Assembly (NCBI RefSeq): GCF_009746125.1
Contig: NZ_CP041352.1
Span: 1,626,436-1,658,435 of the forward strand
DNA length: 32,000 nt
Reading direction: 5' to 3'
DNA from: Casimicrobium huifangae
Lineage (GTDB): Bacteria > Pseudomonadota > Gammaproteobacteria > Burkholderiales > Casimicrobiaceae
The notes below the pieces were generated by a model. It made no database searches, was not told the origin of the DNA, and saw nothing but the letters and a program-made list of their open reading frames with translations. The position numbers and the translations under genes were made by a program. Of this stretch, positions 18,476 to 26,449 are shown one piece after another. Every line of letters starts with the position of its first letter. Within the stretch, counting starts at the first letter, position 1.

Positions 18476-20995
18476 ATGTTGTACCGGAGACATCCAGCCA
18501 GCGCTGGTCGTAGTTTGCTGGGCGCCAGCGCCGTCATAGCAGGCACCTTTGCCGCATTCGCGGCCAGCGCCGCCACCATCACCGTCAACAGTCTGCTTGA
18601 TGACGTCTACGTCAATGCAACGGGCTCGACCTTCTCGGACGCGGCCTACACGACACCAGTGAGCCCGGCGTATTGCACGCTGCGGATGGCGCTGGCGGCA
18701 GCCAACCTGGACGTTGCTGTTGGTGGGTGCGTTGCGGGTAGTGGCACCGACACCATCAACATTACGCCGACTGGCACGATCCTGGTGTCGCAAGTTGCAA
18801 TGGAGCCTGTAGGTGTTTTCACCGGCACCAAGACCTGGCTGCTTTATGCCGCTGGCAACGTCACCATCAATGGGCCCGGTCGCGACCAGCTCATCGTCAA
18901 CGGTGGCGGCCTGTCGCCCGGTGCGGCGGGAATGCGCACGTTGCTGGTCAGCAACAACGACGCTGCGGTTGACGCGCCCGCGACGATCAGCAATCTCACG
19001 TTTCGCGAGGGGCGGGCCGTCGGTTCCATCGCCGCGTCGGGCGGCTCGGCTGGCGCCTGCGTGTTCAGCCGCGAGTCCCTGACTGCGAGTTCAGTCGCAT
19101 TTATCAACTGTGAGGCAGCGGGCGTTGGCAACGGCGTCAGCAACTTCGGCACCAACGGCGGCGCATTTGCTGGCGGCGCGACGCTGCCTACCGATGCGCG
19201 GCCGAATTTCATCTTCACGGATGTGCAGTTCACCGGCAACCGTACCGTACATGGCACGGCTGCCGCGGCCTCCACCTCCGCTGCCGGTGCAGCGTCGTTC
19301 GGCAATAACTCGAATCTGTTTGTCGGCAATGTCACGCTGACCAACGTCCAGTTCGTCGGCAACTCTGCCGAAAATGTCGGGGCGCTGCGGATTTCCGGCG
19401 GCAACAACGCGTCGCTGCAAAACGTCTCGTTTGTTTCCAACAGCGCGACGACCGGCTCCGACGGTGCATTCACCATCAATGCAATGGCCGGTTCAGTCAC
19501 GCTGTCTGGTGGCGGTGCCATTGGCAACACCGCACTGTTGCGTCGCGGCGGCGGCCAGATTTCCACGGTCGGCGCGACTTTGCCGTCCGGTCCGGTGGTG
19601 CAGATCACCGACTGGTCGTTTGTTGGCAATGCCGCGCAGACGCAGGATATCGGTGGCCTCAGCATCCTCACCGACACCTTCGACGCCAACGGCAATTGCC
19701 TCTTTGGACAACTGCGGGACGTGACGCTCACCAACGTCTACTTCGAGCGAAATATCGCGTCACAGTCGCGCGGCGGTTTGCGTATCGGCTGCTCGGCAAA
19801 CGTCACGATGACTGGCGTCGAGTTCATTTTCAACGAAGTCGCAGGCAACAGCACGGCGAGCAGTGGTGGGCAAAGCGCCGCGTTGATTCACGATGTGGCC
19901 AACGTCACCATGACCAACACCCGCATCATCGGCAACCGCACCTACGCGGGCACCACCGCGGGGGGCTACGGCGTGTTCACTGTGATCGGTGCGCCGTCGT
20001 CGTCGTCGGTGCCATCCAGCTGGCCGCTCTCGCACAGTCTGACGGCGACCGGCCTGGTGGTGAAGGACAACTGGGCTGAACGCAACGAGGCCGGCCTTTC
20101 GCTGCGCCCGAATGGTGCCGGGCGCAACTACCTGATTGCGGATGGTGCATTCATCGGCAACCGCGCAAACGCCATCGCCAGCCTGCTGCTTGACGCCACC
20201 GGCAATTACACCGTGCGCAACAGCACGTTCTCGCTCAACGAGAACATTGGCAACAATGGCTCGACGGTTGTGGTCAATCTGCACGCCGGCAGCGGCAGCA
20301 ATTCGGTCAATTTTGTTAACAACACGATTGCCCGCAACCAGGCAGGCGTGAATGATGACGGCTCACAGTTCAGCGTTGGCGCGTGGGTTCCTGGCTCCGC
20401 GGCGACGCCCACCCCGAACGGCAGCGTGGCAATCGTCAACAACATCATTGGCGCGGCGGTTTCCGGCAGCCTTGCCGGCAACATGATCTTCGCGCCCACC
20501 GGGCCTGGTTACAACTACGCGGTGTCGAACACGCTGTTTGAAAGCGCTGCGATCCCGAACAGCTTCTGCAGCGGCGCCGGCATGAAGTGCGGCGTCGATG
20601 CCAAGCTTGATGGTCTCGCCTTCAATGGCGGCAGCATGCAGTACGCCTATACCCATCGTCTGCTGCCCGGCAGCCCGGCGCTGGACGCGGGTGACAACGC
20701 CGCTGCTGCGGCCATGACGCTTGACCAGCGCGGCACCGGCTTCCCGCGTGTAGTGAACGGCACGGTTGATATGGGCGCTCTGGAGTCCGTCGTGCTGACT
20801 GCGCCGTTGCCGTGCAAACTGGACATGGACGGCGACAACCAGGTGCGTGCCAACAAGGAAGGCCTGGTGCTGTTGCGTTCCATGCTCGGCTTCTCGGGCG
20901 CCGCCGTCGTCAACGGCACCGGCATCAGTCAGGGGCAATGGGATACGGTTCGCAACAACCTGAATGCAAACTGCGGCACCAGCTTCACGCCGTAG
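18476..20995 (+). CDS. Exported right-handed beta-helix protein with C-terminal dockerin-like half repeat
   Basis: 839 aa. Signal peptide followed by ATITVNSLLDDVYVNATGSTF…YCTLRMALAAAN (CSLREA-like start). Repeated xFxxN motifs (VQFTGNRTV, VQFVGNSAEN, VSFVSNSAT, WSFVGNAAQ, VYFERNIAS, VEFIFNEVAGN). Ends with LPCKLDMDGDNQVRANKEGLVLLRSMLGF…VRNNLNANCGTSFTP. Confidence 0.85.
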   Translation: MLYRRHPASAGRSLLGASAVIAGTFAAFAASAATITVNSLLDDVYVNATGSTFSDAAYTTPVSPAYCTLRMALAAANLDVAVGGCVAGSGTDTINITPTGTILVSQVAMEPVGVFTGTKTWLLYAAGNVTINGPGRDQLIVNGGGLSPGAAGMRTLLVSNNDAAVDAPATISNLTFREGRAVGSIAASGGSAGACVFSRESLTASSVAFINCEAAGVGNGVSNFGTNGGAFAGGATLPTDARPNFIFTDVQFTGNRTVHGTAAAASTSAAGAASFGNNSNLFVGNVTLTNVQFVGNSAENVGALRISGGNNASLQNVSFVSNSATTGSDGAFTINAMAGSVTLSGGGAIGNTALLRRGGGQISTVGATLPSGPVVQITDWSFVGNAAQTQDIGGLSILTDTFDANGNCLFGQLRDVTLTNVYFERNIASQSRGGLRIGCSANVTMTGVEFIFNEVAGNSTASSGGQSAALIHDVANVTMTNTRIIGNRTYAGTTAGGYGVFTVIGAPSSSSVPSSWPLSHSLTATGLVVKDNWAERNEAGLSLRPNGAGRNYLIADGAFIGNRANAIASLLLDATGNYTVRNSTFSLNENIGNNGSTVVVNLHAGSGSNSVNFVNNTIARNQAGVNDDGSQFSVGAWVPGSAATPTPNGSVAIVNNIIGAAVSGSLAGNMIFAPTGPGYNYAVSNTLFESAAIPNSFCSGAGMKCGVDAKLDGLAFNGGSMQYAYTHRLLPGSPALDAGDNAAAAAMTLDQRGTGFPRVVNGTVDMGALESVVLTAPLPCKLDMDGDNQVRANKEGLVLLRSMLGFSGAAVVNGTGISQGQWDTVRNNLNANCGTSFTP

Positions 20996-21463
20996 CGCAA
21001 CCATCCGGAACAGCGCTGTGATGCAACAAGAGATACGGCTTTTCGCAGAAAAAAGCCGCTGTAATAGGGCTCACAGCGCGTTTTTGCCAAGATCGACTTT
21101 TTCATTTTCCGGCTCTGAGCCCTTTACTGGCGGCGGTTGCGGAGCAAAGTTGGCTAAGGGGCGATGAGCCATTTCGAACTTTGTCCGCTATCTGGATGAA
21201 TGAAAAGGACGCAAGGGTGTCTGGTCTGGGGAGGATCACGGGTGTTGCTTATGCTTCATGACGACGGCATAATCGTGGCGCCATTCCTCGATGGACCAGA
21301 AATGATTTATTTATGTCGATCTGACCGCTTTTGCAGTTGAAATACGTCTATCGACTTTGTGGCGACAAACGCGCATACGGAAATCGTTGCGAGCGAGAGG
21401 CGCTTCAAATTCTTCACAATTCACGTTAGCTTGTGTAGCATGGCATTGATTAGGGGCCTCAAC

Positions 21464-22672
21464 ATGCATATGAAGACAATTCGCTCGGTTATGTTTTCCG
21501 GATTGGTCGGCTTGACCGTCGTCGCGGCAATGTCCGCGCAGGCGTTGCAAACGGTCGATCCCAAGCTGTCGCTAGCCGGCGCCAGCATCAATGGTTCGAC
21601 GCAGGCCGTGCCGGCTGGCACCACCTTTACGGTGTACGGCGTCTACAGTGACGATTCCACCAACCCGGAAAGCGGTTTGGGCCTCAAGGTCAAGTACAAC
21701 GGTACTCACCTGACTGGCGTCACCATCAGCGAGGAATACACCAAGTGCCGCATCGCGGTGGCCGACGTGCAAAACCCCACCACCGCCACTGCCCAGGCAG
21801 TGATGGGCTGGATCGACACCGCCATTCGCCCCAACGGTGTGGTCGGCTCCGCCACTGGTGCTGTGGGTTGGCCGGATCTCGCCGATCTCGCATCTGGCGG
21901 TTGCCTCAACCCCGGCAGCATCAACACCGACACTGCGGCCGCATCCGCCACTAGCCTCAAGCTCTTCAAGATGACTGGCACCATGGCAGCAGGCTGCACA
22001 TCCGCAGCAGCGTGCACGTCCACCGTCACTTTCGACAGCGAAGGCAATTATTCGTACGCCAACGCGGGCGCCGGGTTCACCAACAAGTCTTTCACCATCA
22101 CCGGTGCAGCGGCGCCGACGCAGGCACTGGCCGCAACGCCGTATGTGTCGCGCAAGACGCATGGCGCAGCCGGTACGTTTGACATCACGATCGATCCGGC
22201 AGGGTCGGCAACGGCTGGTCAATCGGTGACGGTTGAGCCGCGCCAGGCGCAATCGGGTGCCCATCAGATCGTCATCGCGTTCACGTCCGCCGTGTCGTCT
22301 GCGCAGTTCCCCACGGTTACTGCAGCTGCTGGCGTAACGAGCCTGCCGGTCGCCACAGCGTTTAACGGCAATGAAATGACCGTCACTATCGGCAGTGCGG
22401 GTACGCCAGTGCCGAATGGATCGCGCGTCACTGTGAGCGCCACGGGTGTCGGCACGGCTGCCGGTGTTAATCCGAGTGTAGTGGTCGGGTTCCTCGTCGG
22501 CGACGTGAGCAACAACCGAACCGTCAATTCCACAGATGTCGGAACCGTAAAAGGGCAGTCGGGTGTTGCGGTCACGTCTTCAAACTTCAAGAGTGATCTG
22601 AGCGCGAACGGCGCGATCAACTCTACTGACGTCGGCCTCGTCAAGGGCGCGTCTGGTACATCGATTAACTAG
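21464..22672 (+). CDS. Exported beta protein (possibly cohesin-like N-terminal domain) with C-terminal tandem dockerin type I-like repeats
   Basis: MHMKTIRSVMFSGLVGLTVVAAMSAQA signal; PAGTTFTVYGVYSDDSTNPESGLGLKVKYNGTHLTGVTI; SRKTHGAAGTFDITI; then GDVSNNRTVNSTDVGTVKGQSGVAVTSSNFKSDLSANGAINSTDVGLVKGASG. The track ORF start at 21359 is probably too early. Confidence 0.8.
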   Translation: MHMKTIRSVMFSGLVGLTVVAAMSAQALQTVDPKLSLAGASINGSTQAVPAGTTFTVYGVYSDDSTNPESGLGLKVKYNGTHLTGVTISEEYTKCRIAVADVQNPTTATAQAVMGWIDTAIRPNGVVGSATGAVGWPDLADLASGGCLNPGSINTDTAAASATSLKLFKMTGTMAAGCTSAAACTSTVTFDSEGNYSYANAGAGFTNKSFTITGAAAPTQALAATPYVSRKTHGAAGTFDITIDPAGSATAGQSVTVEPRQAQSGAHQIVIAFTSAVSSAQFPTVTAAAGVTSLPVATAFNGNEMTVTIGSAGTPVPNGSRVTVSATGVGTAAGVNPSVVVGFLVGDVSNNRTVNSTDVGTVKGQSGVAVTSSNFKSDLSANGAINSTDVGLVKGASGTSIN

Positions 22673-22689
22673 TGTTAGGGAACAAGTCA

Positions 22690-24792
22690 ATGAAATTCGC
22701 GTACCTGCTCAAACGGGCGGCATTTGCGGTTGGGGGGCTCTCTCTCGGCCTCGTGCTCGCACCAGCGCACGCCGCAACGACCTTTTCACTGTCGAGCGGC
22801 TCGGTCTGTGGTGGACCAACATCGGCATCATTCACGCCGGGGGTGGGCAACATCACTGTGTCTCTGTGTGCGACGACAGGCGCAGGAGAACCGTTTTGCG
22901 GCGCATCAATTAAGTTGCTTTCGGCTGTTGGCCAAGGCGGCTTGTTCAACATCACGAACCGTACGCTGGGCCCTGCACTGCCAGACGCTACTACTGCGTC
23001 GCCGACGTACCCGATCGCGATCAGTAATCCGGCTGCGGGCCCCGATCTTGGAGGCACGCCCAATGGCACTGCCTCTACAGCTGGCGGCCTGACTACTTTG
23101 CTCGCAACCTTTACGATTACGCCGCCGGCATCCGCACCGTTGGCGTCCTATGTGATCACGACGGATGCCTTCACGAGCTTGAGCACGCCGAGTCCCGACT
23201 GCACGACCCCAGGGGATCCGGTGGGTGTTCCTACTCAAGCCTCGTTCACGTTGAATAAAATTGTGACGCCCGCCACTGCGGTCTTTACCATCTCGGGTCC
23301 GGTCAACGTGACTGAAGGTGGCGCAACTGCCAATGCAGTTGTAACCTGCACGGGCGCTCTTGATGGCAACAACACAGCGATAACGGTGCCGTTCACGACC
23401 ACCAACGCTTTGAATAACTTCACGACCAGCGCCTCGCCGGTAACCTTCACAGCCTGCGCAGGCGCAACGCAAAACATCGTTGTGACACCGCGTGGTGATG
23501 ACGCGACTGTTCAAGGTCCGGTGTCCGGCACGATCGTATTGGGCACGCCTTCAGCAGGTTCGCTCGGCGCCACGACGACAGCAACGGTTAACGTCGCTGA
23601 TAACGATACTCTCCCGGTGTTTGGTCTGGTCAAGGCCGGTGCCTGCGCGGAGCCGACGACATCCTGCACGTTTACGGTTGTCCGGGAAAGCGGTATTACC
23701 AACAACACTGCCGTTGGTTTCACCATCAGCGGTACGGCGACTCGCGGTACGGATTACACGCTCAATGACAGCAACTGCGGCGGCCCGGTAATTGCCGGCA
23801 ACTCGATCACGCACACGCAGGCGGCTCCGTCTGGAGGCTTCACAATTGCTGTTTGCCCGATTGATGACACCGCTGTCGAAGGCGCTGAAACCGTCGTCAT
23901 GACGCTCAACACTGGCGCCGGTTACACACTCGGCGCAGTGGCGACACAAACGCAGAGCATCGCTGATGACGACAGCCCGCAAGTGGTTACCCTCGCAGTG
24001 AACGGTCCGGTATCGGAAGCTGGTGGTGTGTTGACCTACACCTTCACCCGCTCCGGTGGCAGCGCCGCTGCCCAGGCCGCAACGCTGACGGTGAACACCA
24101 CGGCGCCGGCAACGAGCAGCCGCTACAGCACGACCTGTGGCGCGTCCATCACGTTCGCTGCATCGACGTCAACGGCTACCTGCACGGTAACCGCCATTGA
24201 CAACGTCGCGGTTGACGGCAACGCTACCGCAACGGTTGCAGTCGCTGCTCCGACGGTTGCTGGGGCATACACCGTGGGTTCGCCTTCGTCGGCAACCGGC
24301 ACCATCAACGATGATGATGTAGCGGTTAACGCTGTTGCCGGTAACACCGGCTCGGCGGCTTCGATGGGAATCACCGAAGGTGCTGTGGCTCGCTTCAGCG
24401 TCAGCTGCCCGACGCTTGCTGCGCCGTTCACGGTGAACTACTCGATCGCTCCGGCAACGCCGGCAACCGGTGACGTGTTCGTTGGCGGTGGCGCGACTGG
24501 CTCAGTGACCTGCCCGGCCGCGGCGGCAAGCCTGGTTGCGGTACCGACGACGGTGCAGACGCTTGACGACTCGCTGATCGGCAATGCACGTACCTACACC
24601 ATGACCATCTCGGTCCCGGCAGTCCCCGGTCCTGCACCTGCAGCCACGGTGATTGGCAACGCGGTAGCAACGGTTGTTGTCGCTGACAATGATCAGCCGA
24701 CGTCGATCCCGACGATGGGCGCAGCAGGCCTCGGCCTCTTGAGCTTGATGCTCGCCGGCTTGGCTGCCTTCCAGCGCCGTCGCCGCGCCTAA
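22690..24792 (+). CDS. Exported Calx-beta repeat protein with IPTL/PEP-CTERM-like C-terminal sorting signal
   Basis: MKFAYLLKRAAFAVGGLSLGLVLAPAHA signal. Several Calx-beta-like units ending in ADNDTLP, ADDDSPQ, NDDDVAV, ADNDQPT. C-terminus SIPTMGAAGLGLLSLMLAGLAAFQRRRRA (IPT motif, TM helix, Arg cluster). Confidence 0.85.
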   Translation: MKFAYLLKRAAFAVGGLSLGLVLAPAHAATTFSLSSGSVCGGPTSASFTPGVGNITVSLCATTGAGEPFCGASIKLLSAVGQGGLFNITNRTLGPALPDATTASPTYPIAISNPAAGPDLGGTPNGTASTAGGLTTLLATFTITPPASAPLASYVITTDAFTSLSTPSPDCTTPGDPVGVPTQASFTLNKIVTPATAVFTISGPVNVTEGGATANAVVTCTGALDGNNTAITVPFTTTNALNNFTTSASPVTFTACAGATQNIVVTPRGDDATVQGPVSGTIVLGTPSAGSLGATTTATVNVADNDTLPVFGLVKAGACAEPTTSCTFTVVRESGITNNTAVGFTISGTATRGTDYTLNDSNCGGPVIAGNSITHTQAAPSGGFTIAVCPIDDTAVEGAETVVMTLNTGAGYTLGAVATQTQSIADDDSPQVVTLAVNGPVSEAGGVLTYTFTRSGGSAAAQAATLTVNTTAPATSSRYSTTCGASITFAASTSTATCTVTAIDNVAVDGNATATVAVAAPTVAGAYTVGSPSSATGTINDDDVAVNAVAGNTGSAASMGITEGAVARFSVSCPTLAAPFTVNYSIAPATPATGDVFVGGGATGSVTCPAAAASLVAVPTTVQTLDDSLIGNARTYTMTISVPAVPGPAPAATVIGNAVATVVVADNDQPTSIPTMGAAGLGLLSLMLAGLAAFQRRRRA

Positions 24793-24850
24793 GCCCCGCT
24801 AAGCATCGGTACGCGGGCTGGTTGCAGAACCAGCCGTGAACCGCGATAAC

Positions 24851-24873
24851 AAAACCCGCTTCGGCGGGTTTTG
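24851..24873 (+). terminator. Rho-independent terminator
   Basis: AAAACCCGC-TTCG-GCGGGTTTT followed by GTCTTTTC, 59 nt after the stop of the Calx-beta gene. Confidence 0.85.
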
Positions 24874-24955
24874 TCTTTTCTGGGTATCACGCATGCGGCT
24901 TGCGTAGCGGACCATGTAGCAACAGTACGATTGACTCGGCGCTACACTGTGTTCC

Positions 24956-26374
24956 ATGAATACCGCGTGCTGGCTTTCTGCTTCCGATTTGTTCCGTCAG
25001 CTGGATGTCGGCGGGGTGACGTCGGCGGAAGCGGTCCACTCGGTGCTGGAACGCATCAGACAGTGCGAACCCAGACTTAACGCGCTCTATCTCGACAAGT
25101 CGCAAAGCGCCCGCAGCGCTGCCGATGCGTCGGATGCGCGCTGGGCCGCTGGCAAAGCCTTGAGTCCACTGGACGGTGTTCCAGTCACTCTCAAGGAGAA
25201 CATTTACACCGTTGGCGATCCGGCGCCGATTGGAACGGCAGCCAACACCACGGAGCCGAAGGCGGTCAACTCACCCGTGGCGGACCGGTTGCGCGAAGCT
25301 GGCCTCGTTCTCGTCGGAAAGACGACGATGCCAGACTTCGGCATGCTCTCCAGTGGCCAGTCGAGTTTCCACGGCGTTACCCGCAATCCCTGGCAACCCA
25401 GCCGCAATCCCGGTGGCTCCAGCTCGGGCGCCGGTGCGGCCTGCGCGGCCGGCTATGGCCCGTTGCACATTGGTACGGACATTGGTGGCTCAATTCGCCT
25501 GCCAGCCAGTTTCTGCGGCATCTTCGGCTTGAAGCCATCGCTCGGCCGTGTCCCGATCAATCCGCCCTACATGGGACGCGTCGCCGGGCCGATGACCCGC
25601 ACGGTGCTTGATGCGGCATTGCTGATGAACGTGATCGCGCGGCCGGATCCTGATCACCGCGACTTCATGGATCTGCCGACGCAGCCGGTGGACTACGCTG
25701 CAGAGCTGGAACGCTTCTCGTTGAAAGGCAAGCGTATTGGCGTGCTGACCGAGATGAAGGTCGGTCGTGAGGTGCAGGCCGATGTCGCCGCAGCGGCGTG
25801 GGAGTGCGGGCAGTTGCTCGAACAGCATGGCGCCCGCGTCGAGCCGCTGCAGCCATTCATCACCCGTGACATGCTGGACGGAATCTGCGGCTTCTTTGAG
25901 GCACGCAGCCATCTGGACATCTCTCGGCTGCCCGAGGCGACACGCGCAAAAATCCTGCCTTTCATCGTTCGCTGGGCGACGTGGCGTGCAGGCAAATTCT
26001 CCGGCGATACGGTCATGGCCTTCTACGCGCAGGTGATGGCGATGCGTGAAGCGACGGTGAAAGCCACCCATGGCTTTGACTTCGTGATCACCCCCACCAG
26101 TCCGATTCCTGCGTTTGAGGCCGAGTACTGTTGCCCGGACAACGACCCGGAACGCGCGCTCGAGCACATTGCGTTCACGGTGCCGTACAACATGAGCGAG
26201 CAACCCGCCGCATCGATCAACTGGAGCTACTCCACACAGAAGCGTACCGTTGGCCTGCCGATCGGCGTACAGGTCGCCGGGCGTCGCTTTGATGATCTCG
26301 GTGTATTACAGCTGTCGCGTGTTATCGAACAGATCCGCCCGGTGCAGCGGCCGTGGCCGGTCCATATCGGATGA
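24956..26374 (+). CDS. Amidase signature family protein
   Basis: 472 aa. GVPVTLKENIYTVGDPAPIGT, NPWQPSRNPGGSSSGAGAACAAGYGPLHIGTDIGGSIRLPASFCGIFGLKPS (amidase signature Ser-cisSer-Lys region). Confidence 0.9.
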   Translation: MNTACWLSASDLFRQLDVGGVTSAEAVHSVLERIRQCEPRLNALYLDKSQSARSAADASDARWAAGKALSPLDGVPVTLKENIYTVGDPAPIGTAANTTEPKAVNSPVADRLREAGLVLVGKTTMPDFGMLSSGQSSFHGVTRNPWQPSRNPGGSSSGAGAACAAGYGPLHIGTDIGGSIRLPASFCGIFGLKPSLGRVPINPPYMGRVAGPMTRTVLDAALLMNVIARPDPDHRDFMDLPTQPVDYAAELERFSLKGKRIGVLTEMKVGREVQADVAAAAWECGQLLEQHGARVEPLQPFITRDMLDGICGFFEARSHLDISRLPEATRAKILPFIVRWATWRAGKFSGDTVMAFYAQVMAMREATVKATHGFDFVITPTSPIPAFEAEYCCPDNDPERALEHIAFTVPYNMSEQPAASINWSYSTQKRTVGLPIGVQVAGRRFDDLGVLQLSRVIEQIRPVQRPWPVHIG

Positions 26375-26449
26375 CCCACGATCCGCAGCGCCGCATCCTG
26401 GCCACAATAGTTCATCCATTCGTCTGCAACCAACCACTCTGAGGGGCTC

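Noticed and set aside
21130-21290. Possible c-di-GMP (GEMM) riboswitch upstream of the 21464 gene (AAAAGGACGCAAGGG)
   Set aside because: Only a short GGACGCAA-like word resembles GEMM-I. I could not find the CACAGGGCAAACC segment, the receptor stem or the GGUUACCG-like 3' region, so the match is not supportable by eye.
23270-24700. Repetitive sequence in the 22690 gene as a possible CRISPR or DNA repeat array
   Set aside because: The repetition is at protein level (Calx-beta units) with diverged DNA. There are no regularly spaced identical repeats.
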